A stretch of 64,000 bases of DNA, from positions 124,001-188,000 of the forward strand of contig JAQGDQ010000040.1 of assembly GCA_030141605.1 (NCBI GenBank), given 5' to 3'. Numbering within the stretch: position 1 is the first letter of the stretch; the number at the start of each line of letters is the position of its first letter. The position numbers and the translations under genes were made by a program. The stretch comes from Tubiluchus corallicola. Taxonomy: Eukaryota; Animalia; Priapulida. Shown in pieces: positions 17,801 to 30,512 of this stretch. Under the pieces are notes generated by a model. The model had not been told where the DNA came from. It did no database searches and saw only the letters and a list, made by a program, of their open reading frames with translations.

Positions 17801-20800
17801 AAATTAATTACAGAAAACACATTCAGTTCAAACATCTCCCGGTCTACATCGAGGGTAATTTTCTCCCACTCGGCTCGTTGGGAAGTTCCTGCATTGTTAA
17901 CCAAAACGTCAACCTGAAATAAACAGAATCCTACAGCAAAACAATAAAATGTGTTCAGATTCATACCACAATACATTCAGCTATACCACAACACGTAGTT
18001 CAAACTGCTGCAGCTATATAACAAAATGAATGTCAGACAAGTTCACTTACATGAAGGCAAAAAGAAACAAACAGAATTCATGCATAATATACATAATAAT
18101 ACATAATATAACTATCGTAAATGAGAGCTGACAATAGATTGGCTTAAAAGCCATGGTTGTGGTACATCAACTATACATCCGCTTTACAAAATGTATGCTT
18201 CACATAGTTATACTACTAGCCAGCATGGTGGCCTGTACAGCAACTCCCATATTACTACCATTTGTGGACTTCACATGTCCTTGATCATTAACTCAACTAT
18301 TGCTTAAATGGTCTCACCAAAAGCTTACAAACTGATAGCCAGCCATCGCACTGATTATGCCAAATGACAAGTGGTAAGGTTCTAAGACTTAGAAATCTAA
18401 GAAGCTTTATGATGTAGAAAAAATAGAGTTAGTTCACCCATTACAGACAAATGGCCAACAGTCAACAAAGACATATCTTTTTTCACACTAATGTGCAATG
18501 ACTTACCACTCTAACTAATGTAATAGATACATGTAACGAGGAAAAAATAGCTTTCCCTGTTTCAAGCTCTTATTTGTTTAAGCTGGGAAACAAAAGCGCC
18601 GTGTCAGGACTTTAGGTAACTACAGTAGGTGCCACTTTATAGACTCACTTTGGGATGGAAGTACCATGACCCAACTAAACGACTGAATCTGTTAGCAGAC
18701 GTGTGCAGTATTACTAGTATAGAAGTATGAAGCATCATTCCTCAGTTCAGCACTTCAAAGACTGGGGAAGCTTTCAATTTTAGGTCTTTACACGTTATGC
18801 TGCATTTTTCAAAATTAACTATATGCTCTTATTGGCAGATTACTGTCGCTCATTAGTGGCATAACAGGAATAGTTAACTGATTAAATGCTCTGTGCAAAG
18901 CTTCAAAAGGAAACCACTGGGCATGTGATTAAAAATTCAGCTTTCATAAATTCTTGAGCAACAAGGTTCATTGAAGTGGACAAGTGGGTGGCAGATTCAA
19001 AGTAAAAATGCAATGTTAGGACATCCATGCATGATAAATGTGCTGAACACATATTTCTATGTGGATTATAGTGTATAAAAATGATATAAAGGTAGCACAA
19101 AAGTAGTAAAACCTCTTTGATCACACAGAAGATATGTGAAGCAAGATTGACTTTTTTTGAGTCAACAACTACACACACAATTTACATACACTCGTATAGA
19201 AGCGGCCAGTACTAGACGTTATAGAGTCAATTAAGTGGCTGATTCTATTAACTGTGAGTCTGATAAACGGCGCCAACCATATTACAAAAAAAATGTAAAC
19301 TGAAGTCTGTACACACACGTTGAAAATGTTCCAGGACTTTCTCCAAAGCTGGTTGATGAGCCTTCATATCTATCATATCGAAAGGCAAGACTAGAATATC
19401 ATTCTCTGACACTGGACCTCTCACTGAAACAAAAAATATACAATTTTGAGATTCAAGCATTCACCAGGGTAAGGCAAATGCTAAAATAAGTTTTTAAACC
19501 TAGTTTTATTTACATGTAGGGTAGTTCTAACCCATTGAGAATCTTGACTTAAGTGCTGTGACTCTGGATAGTGTTCTACCGACTATTTGTTTTAAGTATT
19601 TTTGCAATTCAAGTCCTTAGAATACCTAACACGGTTCAGTGCTTGAGTTACAAATGCTATTTAACTTTGAATCACATGTTAAGGTCATCGAAAGCATCAC
19701 CGTTGAGTAGGCTCTCTTTTGAATGTTGGATTCTGGCTTGCAGTGTGCAGAATTGTACAAAAAATACAAAAAGAATAGACGAAATAATGGTAAAAGTAAG
19801 ACATATTTCAATGTAAATTTATTTCATAAAGCAAAACAGGACCCAGTCTTAAACTGTAGGTCAAACTGTAGGACCCAATCTTAAACTTAAAATCTTTAAA
19901 ATATGGAAAATAAACATACCATTTTTTTCAAAAATGACAAAAAAGAATTATTACCATACAAACGCAATTTCATGTTTGTGCCACTAGTTCTTCGCTGTTT
20001 GTCCTTTGCTAGATAGGTGGGCACTGGCGCCTGCATTTCGAAAATGCTTTGCACAAAGACCAGGTGCTATACCTTTCAGTTCAGATATATGTTTGTTTGT
20101 GATGAACAGCACACGTTCAGCAGCTTATGCATGAGCACAGCTGTAAATTTGAAGAATTTTTATCTTAAAACTCACCTAGTTTTAGTACAACAAACTGAAT
20201 ATCTTAGAGTAGCACAATTTTCGCTTCCGCAGACACGTGCAACACTCTCGTGGAATGTTTTTGCTATTGAAAATTATGTTCGCTTGTGATGTCACCAATA
20301 GTTGGGCATGCCGGCCATTTTTAAGATTTTAATCTATTATTCAATTACCAGAAATGCTTTGGCAGTAATAATTATGTTAAAATGTATACTTTTTATCGGA
20401 CTTGAAAATGGGGTAGTATATAAAAAACCATCCCGACTTCCTTAAAAATAGATTGTTCATGGCACAGTAATGCTATTCATAAGATTCATTAAGAATAATA
20501 AATAATTATGTTGTTACTGATTATTTAAATAATTAAATAATCAAAAAGCAACAATATTCAAAATCACATTTTGCCTAAACTTTAACTAAAATCAAGCCTA
20601 ACAAGCAAAAATTATTTAAAAAAAAGATAGACCAATCAAAATTTTTATACCGAGGCACTCATTTTTTACTCTCTCAAGCTCGGTTTCCCGTCTAGCAGAA
20701 AGTATTAGTCTTGCTCCAACTTTTGCAAGCTCATATGCTAAACATTCCCCTATACCACTTGATGCTCCTGTTATCCAAACAACCTGTCCTTTTAGAGATG

Positions 20801-22303
20801 CTAAACAACAAACACACAAAATGGTCAATATCATTACAAAAAATGATTTAGAGAAACCAATTAGTGCCTCAACATTTGTAACTCATTAACTGAGTGGATA
20901 AATAAATTTTAATTAAACTGAGTTAAGTGGACTAAAATAAAAGATCTAAAGGTCAAAACTAGTTCAATTTTTTGTCTTATTTAGGTTTGTAGATGACCTT
21001 ATGTATCTCATTCTTTAATAGTACAATTTAAAAAATTTCAAACAAGCTCACATTTCTGCCTAATGGCTGACAAACTTTTACTGAAACACACTGTAAGTTA
21101 GTTCTAGGACCGTGACATTGACCCACAGTGACTGATCTACATTTACAGGGTCACTGGACTAGTAACCTTGCCATAAGTATAAAGTTTTTTTTGAAGTTTT
21201 ATTATTATCACATTCAGCACAATAGTGACATTCAATACATGGCAACAAATTACCGAACTATTATATTATGTTTCATACCCATTATCATTACCATAAAGGA
21301 ATAATTGTATTGCAGTGGGCTAAAGAAGCAAAGGCTTGTATAAGCCCACTGTCATGTAAACCAGATAAAAAAGGAATTAAACCAAAAAAGAACGGAGAGA
21401 GGTTAGATCACACAGGACCGGAACAAGGATGTGGGTGTGGAAATAGTAGAAAAAAGACAGTAGGTTGTGCGACATTTACATCAGGTCGAAAAATTAATCT
21501 ATGATGTCTTTTTTGCATAATCTGTAAAGGGGTTATGGACGCAGAAAATTCAGACATTATTCAGAAATCGCTAAAATTGTGACTCAGTGTTTATGTTACG
21601 ATTCACAGCCTTGCCTATTAACAAGAAGTCAGTTGCTTGATCTTACTCATGTCAAGTTGCAGGCTAAGTGTCATTTTTTATCACTTATGTGAATTTCAAC
21701 TCGCTGTTAAAACCCTAGCATGGGAAATAGGACAACATTTTTCAGGCAATAAATTTTAAACATTGAACTAATCACACAAGGTCACTACTCCAGTAAAATC
21801 TGTCTTACTGGGAAAACAAAACTAAAACTATTTGTTTTATTGATAATACAAATAGTAATAGTCATTACACCCATTTTTATTCATTCTTTACTTACAAGTT
21901 ACTTACTATGCTTACAAGTCACAACAAGCTAATATATGTTTCTTGAACTGTTGGTGATAGCATTATTATGAAATCATTATTTATAAGCTTTTATTTTTAA
22001 ATTTTAATAATGAAAATATCTTTAACTCCACGTAATAATGTATGAATGTTGTTCTATACTATATATATATATATATGCTCCGTGTGAAATAACAAAATTA
22101 TGATTATTCAATAAAATGGTATTATACCATTTACCCGGTACATCATATACGATTTAAAAATAAATTTTAGCTGACTTACCGATAGGCTTTCCAAATCGTT
22201 CGGCAAACATCAAAACTAAATCGCCGTCTGCAAGTAACATCCTAATAAACTGTACAAGGCTTACAAAAAACGTCACAAATCCAAGTAACCAGAAAAAACC
22301 CAT
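14831..22303 (-). CDS. DHRS7: Short-chain dehydrogenase/reductase family member 7, 7 exons, 320 aa
   Basis: Exons 22303-22180, 20800-20651, 19423-19317, 17913-17721, 17576-17410, 16468-16305, 14888-14831 (963 nt, phases consistent). N-terminal hydrophobic anchor plus [30 protein letters not shown], catalytic YTGTK, CPGPV, and [20 protein letters not shown] typical of DHRS7. Confidence 0.94.
15620..15787. mobile_element. Small palindromic MITE-like element in DHRS7 intron 6
   Basis: Imperfect inverted ends (tacggcgcagagag / ctctctagtctgaatgcaccgtta) and internal mirrored ctctcg/cgagag motifs. Confidence 0.4.
16471..16810 (-). mobile_element. L2-clade LINE 3' end with (ATC/ATT)n tail
   Basis: Minus strand encodes [40 protein letters not shown] (L2 ORF2 end, one frameshift), then ATAAATAAA and a trinucleotide tail. 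Confidence 0.8.
19826..20445. mobile_element. Non-autonomous DNA transposon, Kolobok-like, copy 1 (DHRS7 intron 2)
   Basis: About 620 bp, clearly homologous in inverted orientation to 42503-43125. Ends (a)taa-AGCAAAACAGGAC ... ATCCCGACTTCC-ttaa, i.e. short imperfect TIRs at TTAA sites. Confidence 0.7.
21265..21570 (-). mobile_element. LINE (L2-group-like) 3' UTR remnant
   Basis: Hairpin gtgggct...agcccac with an internal aagc/gctt stem like the other L2-group tails in the window, next to a (ATT/CAT)-rich tail. Confidence 0.35.
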
Positions 22304-22740
22304 TTCTGATTAATTTCTAGTAAATCAATTTCGAAAGACTAACAGCTGAAAAAGCATGTGTACGAGTCGAATAGTAGAGCAGGCACGTGGAAGACGGCTC
22401 CACATCTATGACTAGTTGTGCGTCAAATCCATAGATAATAGAGGCTTTATAGTACGGTCATAAATATAATGCCAAACGCAGCATTTAAATCTATGAATAA
22501 TAAAGTAAAATTTAATTTTAGTGAATTTTTGGGACGTTTTGCAGACTCTAATCTGCGTTCTCATCCAATTAAATGACAACATTACCTCTCTCTTTTTGTT
22601 TTAATCCGAGCTACCAACACAACCCACCAGAAGGAAGAATGGAAGGTTGACCATTATCAATTGTACTGTAAAATTGCAACAATGAAAAAACTAAGGTGAT
22701 GCTGATGCTTAATTAGTTTTTACATTTAACAGTGAACATG

Positions 22741-22842
22741 TGAGAGCATCCTCACAGTCATTAATCATACAAGTTATTTAATAATTTGACTTGTTTAATT
22801 ATTAAATAACTTGTATGATTAATGACTGTGAGGATGCTCTCA
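22741..22842. repeat. Perfect inverted repeat, 46-bp arms with a 10-bp loop
   Basis: 22741-22786 is the exact reverse complement of 22797-22842. Confidence 0.95.
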
Positions 22843-24212
22843 ACTAGTTAGTAGTTAGGATCTAATAAAACAGTAATAGCTAAGAAACATACAATAAATA
22901 TATGACGCAAAAATGCCATTCAAGCCGTATCGGAGGCATAGTCGAATTTATTGAATCATGCTGTTGCTGCTTTTCTTCTGATCTCCGTGCTTCCTTATTT
23001 AATTTTGAAATTCTGAGTTCCAGTCGAGTGGACGCCAGTTGTAAACCTTCTGGGTTTTGTTTGCAAATATCTTGACTTTAATCCTCGTTCATTTGAGGAC
23101 TGGAAAAGCCAGCAGATCAAGTGGCTTCTTCTCAGCCAGTCTGCTTGGAGCTGTCGTCTTTTGCCGAGATCAAACGTTTGGCACAGTAATCACCACAAAC
23201 TTATGGAGCCATAGGAGTTTGTCACGTTATGGTCACGATCTTGTCAGAATCTCGACAAAAAATATATTCAGAAAATATCATAAACTTATTTATTAAAAGG
23301 TCGAATTACAATATAGGACATTTTTATCCAATATTGGTATACTAATATATTATCGTCCAATATTGGCAACATGTGCATGGTTTGCACATATTGATAACCA
23401 AATAGACACAGTGTTGTGGTAAGTCCACGTTTCCATACGGTATCCATATTTGCAAAAATATTGTGACGACATCAGTAGAACATTGTCGTGCTGCCAGGCA
23501 ACAGCTCGCCGCATTCCGACTGGGCTACGTTCAGATTTCTTTGATGGTATTGCCAAAGGTCGGCTTTGACTTCCAATTAATGCCGCTACTATCACAGTCA
23601 TTCTGTCTGGATCAGGCAAAGCCTTCTACTATAATAAGGAGTGACGATTAAAGGCAAACCGTTGTAGCCTTAGAGGGGAACCACTGGTGCAATTTAACAA
23701 CTAAAACCTTACTGTAAACATGCGTCATGAGCCAGTCTGTGATGTTGTCATTCTTGACTAACACTATGTGCAGTCGGCAAACTCCGCTGATCATAATTGG
23801 CATTTAATTCTAATTTCTCAGATATTTTTCGCTGAATTTGGTTATAATTTTAACTAGTAGTAAATTATAATTTTTCCTGCAACCTGTTTTTGCAAATTTG
23901 CATAATAACTAACTGACTAGAAACTAAAATGACAAACTAACTTGTATGATGCAATATCATGATGTCTATTCAATGTGCTGTAGCTAAGTTTGTTCGCATT
24001 TGTACGCAAAATTTTGTTGTATGGATACTTGTTGTTTGATCGGTCCTATTGGCCAAAAATCAATAAATGACTACTATAATGCAATTATAACTCTATCTGA
24101 ATTGTGCACGTCAATGTAAAGTAATCTTAACTGATTAATTACAACTGTCTAACGAAACAAATCTAGTCGCCTCAGTTCTCCTATCCACTTCGTTCCAAGT
24201 GGTATTTAGATA

Positions 24213-24487
24213 GGTGTTCCGTGTAAGAACATCACGAAATGTTGGAAAACTTCTAATGTACTAACATGTCATGTGGAACACACACAAAGCACTTACAACT
24301 CTTACATGAGACTTACATCAAACGCACTGTCATCACTGCATCACTGTCCCTCATCAAGGCTCTAAACCAAGAACGCCAAGCCGCCAAGGCCCCACACCGC
24401 CAAGAACGCCACGCTGCCAAGAACGCTAAGCCGCCAAGCCGCCAAGCCGCCAAGAATGCCAAGCTGCCATTTCTTACACGGAACACC
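24213..24487. mobile_element. MITE with 17-bp perfect TIRs and TA flanks
   Basis: TA-GGTGTTCCGTGTAAGAA ... TTCTTACACGGAACACC-TA, with an internal (GCCAAGCC/GCCAAGAAC)n minisatellite at ~24367-24469. Confidence 0.85.
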
Positions 24488-24499
24488 TACCGGTATTTA

Positions 24500-24780
24500 A
24501 AACCCCAATACCCGCGCCCAGTTGCTATTGACGGCTGTTGACTAGCACGTTTTCCAGCCCGCTTCCTTCCTCTCCTCTACAGTGTGCCTCCAGGAAGTCT
24601 TCGACTTAGCTTCCACGTCATCTCTTTCCTCTATACGGATGAAAGAAGTGCCATGACATCTGCATAATTGAGACTGTGAGGCTTTGATGTACCGACCATA
24701 TCACATTCTCATCTCCTGCACGGTCCTCATTATCAAGCCCTAACATATCAGAAATATTAACATATTGTACTACTGCTTCA
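24500..24780 (-). mobile_element. RTE-clade LINE 3' remnant
   Basis: Minus strand gives degenerate RGKR*RG..KTSWRHTVEE.RKEAGWKT, matching the RTE ORF C-terminal pattern GKRxRGRPxxTWRRTVExE. Confidence 0.6.
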
Positions 24781-27700
24781 TTCCAGCTTAGCTATTAGCC
24801 CGCGAACATTTTCATTGTGTTGTAAGTGTTGAACAAGGTGTTGTAGAATCTGGGCGCTTATGGTTTTCGTAATCAAATGCATTTTACCCTACCAGGTGAC
24901 TGGCCCAATGGTTAATGCTCAACCTTTATGGCCTGAGGCTAGTTACTTTTTTTACCAGGGTTTCTTTCGTTTAGACGTTTACCGTGTTACAGTTTCACAA
25001 GCTTCATCTGCTCAGGTTTGAAATCAGAGTTTCCTTCTCATAGAAAGTTTAGTAGCTCGCCAGCGATTATTCGAGTCCGCGCAGTGTTGTTAGGCATGAC
25101 GCGAAGCCGTCCTGCACAAGGTCTCTCAACTAGAGGAATACCTACGTAATAAACACCTCAACTAAGCCACCACAAGCCAAGCGGCAAAGGACGGGAAGGG
25201 CACCACAAAATTGAACTTAGCCCAAGAACAACCTAAGACAAACTTCAAAGTGAAGCCTCTCAATCATGGTCTTTTCTATAGTAAGTGAGTTTTATGCCAC
25301 TATTTTATTTGAGTTCACGTTCTCAGAGTGTTAATGGACTTGCTTTTCCATTAATGGAGACATGGTATTCCGTATTCGTACAATGAGAATGGGTCGTTTT
25401 TTGTTTTGGCTACTTTCAGCTTCTGTTATATGTGATATAAAATGTAATGTAATAAGGCCAACTCGTTCCTATCAATAAGATGCATTTGTATAGACATGTT
25501 TTTTGTTGTTTTAGTGAAATTTTCCTACATGCCAACTTTTTGATGCTGATTCAGCAGCTGCAGTAGGTAATTCGTGCGAATTAAAAAAGAAATGAACTAT
25601 CTCAAACTTTTAAAAACTTTTGTAATTTTGAAAATTACCACTTATTCACTAGCGTATACATATATTTCTAACACGTAATTTAAGAGTCAGCTTAGCGAAT
25701 CAGCTCCCAGCAACAGTTAAATGTCATGAAAGCAGGTTTTTATCGTTTGAAAATCAAAACTTGTGTTGCCCACAGACCGTTTCGAGTTTTCGAAGAGCAG
25801 TCATAAATATGCTTTTAAATCAGCACAGAAATAACATTCCCGTCCATTTTGCGTCATGTGACAGTTAATGCAGGAAAACGAATCTTTTGTGTTACTACAT
25901 TTGACTTTTTTTCTTGGAAAAGTCGCTTTCAAAGAGCAGACATAGCTAACGAGAAATCGTTACTTTGTACTTTTGACCACTATCCAGATAATCATAATCC
26001 CTAATTTAATTGGGTACCAGATTCAACTTCCGCAAATAAATTCCATTATGGATTACGTTTATATATATATGTAGCCCTCAAAAAACTAAAATACAAGCGG
26101 GTGGAATAGATTTTCGGTTTCTAGCAGAAGCTTTCCGTCAGAAATAGTTTCTAAAATTTTCAATTTACACATAATGTCCTGCACTAATTTAGAATCCTGT
26201 CACGCATGATCTATGTAGTTTACATATTTGCTTTAATTTTATTGAACCACAAAATGGAGGCGCATTTCACATCAGTGATTACTAGTCAGTACACCACTAT
26301 CAGTTAGGTGTTGAGTGTTCACTGATGCTAAGTATTGAAATGCATTACTATAATAACATTATATCGAATTAACATAATAAACAAATTTTAATGACACAGC
26401 TGATTTTGTAGAATAATGTAGATTGTGGACCACTGTTATTACCGCTTTACTTGCTCTATAATACTTGTGTATTATTATTGTTGACATTTTTTAAATATCT
26501 GTAACGTAAGCCAGTCTGATTAGTTACAGCTTGTTATTTTGTTTGCTATTCAAGGGATAGAAATGCTGTTTGCAACTGTTTGCTATTTTTGAGATAATTT
26601 TTTTCACATCACTGCAGTTTTGGTATTTTTGCTGATAATAATGACGCAGATGATGCAGGGTATTGTGCGAAATTTGTTTGCCTCGTTTGTTTAATTCTTC
26701 AAAATTTTTGGTACATTATCAATATGCAAACAATGCTATACATGATTTGGTGACTACGTCAGGACTGAAACATGTGTTTTAAATCATAATCAAAGAATAC
26801 TGCTTTTTATTGACTGGCGTGCTAAATTACTGATGATTCGAACTAAAGAGTCTACGGCTGTGTACAATGTATGTGTTACCACAGTTTATAGTCATGAAAC
26901 AATTTATAATTTTATGAAACTATTTCGCTAACGTCGATTTTATATTTCGCTATATTCGAGTTTTTTCCTAGGGTATATACCATGTAATATTAAAGTACAC
27001 GTGATAAAGTTAAAGATCTGTCCCTCAACTAAGTACATATCTCTTTTCAGAAGTTTGCTGTAAACCGGGATTGAATTTTCCCTTTAAAAACTTTGTTAAG
27101 GTTTCGTAAAATTGACAAAATATAAATAACAATATTGGTATTTTCTGCCTTGTTGAAGTTACACCCGTACTCAAGGTGTTATTGTATAATTGCGGCATTA
27201 CATTAATGCATCGCGTGGAATGTATCGTATTTTAACAGTTTGATTAAGATTTCATTTGTTCTAATAAATTTATGAAAACGATACCAGTACTCAAGAGTCC
27301 ACAATCCTTAATGCCCTTTGCGTAACTTGTCGTTTTATGATGTGGATTTGGATCAAAAATTCAACCGCCCCAGCGATTTCAATAATACGTTGAAAACCAA
27401 TCAATAAAATCTAAAAATGTTGTAAAAATAATCGACGCGAATCATCACAGAGCTACTTTCAACAAGCTAAGCTCAAACGGTATCCAATACAGGGAATAAC
27501 AAATCTTTTTCTGAATTCGCAAGATGTTGTCGCATTTGTTGGGAGTAATTTTTAACCGCTTAAGTTTTCTGTGCATTATATAAATTAAGTTTTCTTTGCC
27601 TGTTTGCAGCGCTATTATTGACAAAGCGCTGAAATTTGCAGCTTCATCTGTTCTGAAGTGGATATAATGCGAATTTCTTCGAACAACCCGATAATAGCGC

Positions 27701-28542
27701 GAAAAAACTCATTGTGACAAACACAACTGCAAATGTTTGTCCCCTTCATGCGACAAAAGAAGGGTTTTGCAGTAAATGACGAGACTTAAAAGTTTGGGTG
27801 TTACTGTATGGATTCGCCTAGTAGTTATGGAGTTCTGAAGCAGACTTATTATAGCACACTGCGTGATTGCGCGTCGTCTTGACGTATTTGCAGGTGATGG
27901 GTCAATAACAAGACGATTTTGTCATCGAAGTTCATTCTTGGAACAACCTCGAACAAACATTAGTCGGTTCTTTTGAGGTGAAGTGCTTTAATCGACTTGT
28001 ACGTATAATGACATTGGTGACCGATTGAGATTAAGGAAGATTGGTAAAATCCTACTGCTAAATAGCGCGTGTATGCAAAATTAACTTGGTGAAATTCCGT
28101 GGCAATTACAGAAATAGTTAATTATTAACGAATGTGCATTTGAAACGCGCGTTTATATTGTAGTTAATAGAATGAAATAGTGATTCTATCCACTTCAATT
28201 CAATACATTATAAGCAGGTATTCAGCATTTATGAAGGGTTTGCTAGAGTTGATGGTCTGGCAAGCTCGGAACAAAATTGCTTCGGAGATGTAATAGTATA
28301 TAGTTTGTGGAGTGGTCTATACGAACAATTTCTTAAAGCCTTGTGCCTCTAATTTTCCCAGTGACACCTTTTGAACCTTTTAGAAATCTTTGTGAATCCA
28401 GAAGTATATGCAGTTATAGACCTTTGAATACAAACGGTTTTTAACATGAGTAGTGTAAATCGTTTTATTTCTAAAATCTTGTTAAATTGTAGTCGTTTTA
28501 ATCAAATGAAACGAGAAAAATACCCCAAAGGACACAAAGCAA

Positions 28543-30159
28543 ATGTGTGATAACAGTGGAAATATCTCCGAGAATGGCTACTATAACAATGCCTCAGTAA
28601 CATCAGCTGCCGAGGTAATTTTTACAATTTTTACTTGTAGCTGTTTTCTGTGTCAGAGCATCGGATTTTCGTGTGGGTATCTATTGTTTTTGCTCTGTAT
28701 TGCAATGCACAAAGGTCTAAGGAAGGCTAGTATTGTATCACTGGGGAGCTCGATGACCAGTGGTTTATTTGTGGTCTGGCACGTTTTAGTACCAGCTTTA
28801 CATAGACAGCTCACTGCTTCGACACTGCAAGAAGTCAACCGAGGCCTTGTGATTGTCCAGTGCACTTCTGTTTTGACGTTTTTCTTCAACGTCAAGTTTT
28901 TTCTGCTTGACAAGTATATGGAGATCATACACCCATTTAAGCACGCGGCTTTAATGACAGGTTTGAAATTAACAGCTGCGTTGTCAACTATCTGGATTTT
29001 ACCATGGGCCATTGCTACTGGTGCTATTCTAAACACAAGCTTCAGTTTTGATTTTGATCCGTGCATTGACAATATACATGTGATTGATATATTCGCACAG
29101 TCGAATATATATTGGTGTTTTTACTTGTTTGTACTGCCGGTAATGGGCGTGCAATTGACCATGAATATGATATTGGTCAGAGTGACTCAAAAGCATGCCA
29201 GAGCAATATTCATAGCTTTCAATTTTGCAAGGAAGGTTGCCTCAAAAAGCGGTCATCTTTCAAAACGCGCGCAGCGAAATTGGGAAGAAAAAAGTCGATG
29301 GAAATTAAGAAAGTTCTTAATTATAAGCATTTTTGATGTGCTATTTGTGTGGTTCCCTATGCTGTGCTTTTACACGTTGAATGTCAGGCGCCCTGAAAGC
29401 ATTTCGGGAAAGGTGACTCAAGCACTTGTATCAATCACTTGCGGTAACTCAGTTTTGGAGCTGCTATTTAATCCTCTGTTTAATGCTGAATGGAAAAGAA
29501 GTGTTAAAACCTCAGTCCGTAAACTGAAGTGGCGCTTAGGTTATGGACCGAAGATTGCTCCCATGTTGACTCCAGAGGAACAAATGTCTTTGAAGAGGCT
29601 GAGACGCGACACGCTGATACCAAGTGGTGTCTCTCTCCCCAGACATCTGATGGAATCTGTCGCATCTAGTTCATCTCGCCATCTGGTTACAGCAGAGCCA
29701 ACGTCTCAAACTAAAAGACTTCGTAGCTCAGATCACAAGAGCTCTTTGCAGAGTCAGGACAGTAATGGTGTGCAAAGAAAAGTATCAACTGTTACCCAAA
29801 GACAAATGCCGTCCATTGCGATAGAAGGAGACTCAGCCGTCTTTGAAGAACTGCAGTATGAATACATTAACTCCTTACCGCTCACCCCAACTCCTGTAAA
29901 TGCGGAATGTAATTCGACAACACCGCGTCAGTCCCTTGCATCAACGTCTTTTCTATTCCCTGGTTCAAATGCCAGCCCAAATATGACGCAGTCATCAAAT
30001 TCGCTACTTTTACCAATCACGCCACCATTTTCTAGCGGAACACCTACTGAACAACGTCCATCATCACAGCGGTCATCGTTCTCTAGACTTAGTTTCCAAA
30101 TTGTGGCTGAAAAAATCATTGAAATCAACAGAGACTGTGACTCACCAATATCACTGTGA
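28543..30159 (+). CDS. Intronless orphan class A (rhodopsin-like) GPCR with long Ser/Pro/Thr-rich C-tail, 538 aa
   Basis: Intact 538-codon ORF with N-terminal sequons (NIS, NAS), seven hydrophobic segments, DKYxxIxHPF after TM3, IWILP (TM4), VWFP (TM6), GNS (TM7), basic ICL3 and helix-8-like NAEWKRSVK. Confidence 0.85.
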   Translation: MCDNSGNISENGYYNNASVTSAAEVIFTIFTCSCFLCQSIGFSCGYLLFLLCIAMHKGLRKASIVSLGSSMTSGLFVVWHVLVPALHRQLTASTLQEVNRGLVIVQCTSVLTFFFNVKFFLLDKYMEIIHPFKHAALMTGLKLTAALSTIWILPWAIATGAILNTSFSFDFDPCIDNIHVIDIFAQSNIYWCFYLFVLPVMGVQLTMNMILVRVTQKHARAIFIAFNFARKVASKSGHLSKRAQRNWEEKSRWKLRKFLIISIFDVLFVWFPMLCFYTLNVRRPESISGKVTQALVSITCGNSVLELLFNPLFNAEWKRSVKTSVRKLKWRLGYGPKIAPMLTPEEQMSLKRLRRDTLIPSGVSLPRHLMESVASSSSRHLVTAEPTSQTKRLRSSDHKSSLQSQDSNGVQRKVSTVTQRQMPSIAIEGDSAVFEELQYEYINSLPLTPTPVNAECNSTTPRQSLASTSFLFPGSNASPNMTQSSNSLLLPITPPFSSGTPTEQRPSSQRSSFSRLSFQIVAEKIIEINRDCDSPISL

Positions 30160-30512
30160 AATTTGCAATATTGTTTGTTGAATGACGTGTAAATAGGAAG
30201 GCAACAATGTTACAACTTAAGATGTATGCGTGTACACTAGCCTTGCGAAGTAACTTTATAAAGAGGTCTATTTGACAGTGATGTCGGTTTCGTTCTCATT
30301 CTAGTTGTTCATGTAATAAATGTGTAGCCAATTTTATTATTATATTAAATCGAATTTTTATTGTGGGCCATAATCGAATTGCTATTATTCTAAATTTTTC
30401 CGAAGTGGCGGTGTTGCCATGCCAAGGTTTGCTCGGTTTAAACTTACTCATTTTAATTTATTATTAATTTGCCATGATTCACTAGCTTGAAAATAAGATA
30501 GTGCTCTTCTGA

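Noticed and set aside
28653-29072. 139-aa antisense ORF within the GPCR
   Set aside because: Shadow ORF of the sense coding frame with no independent features.
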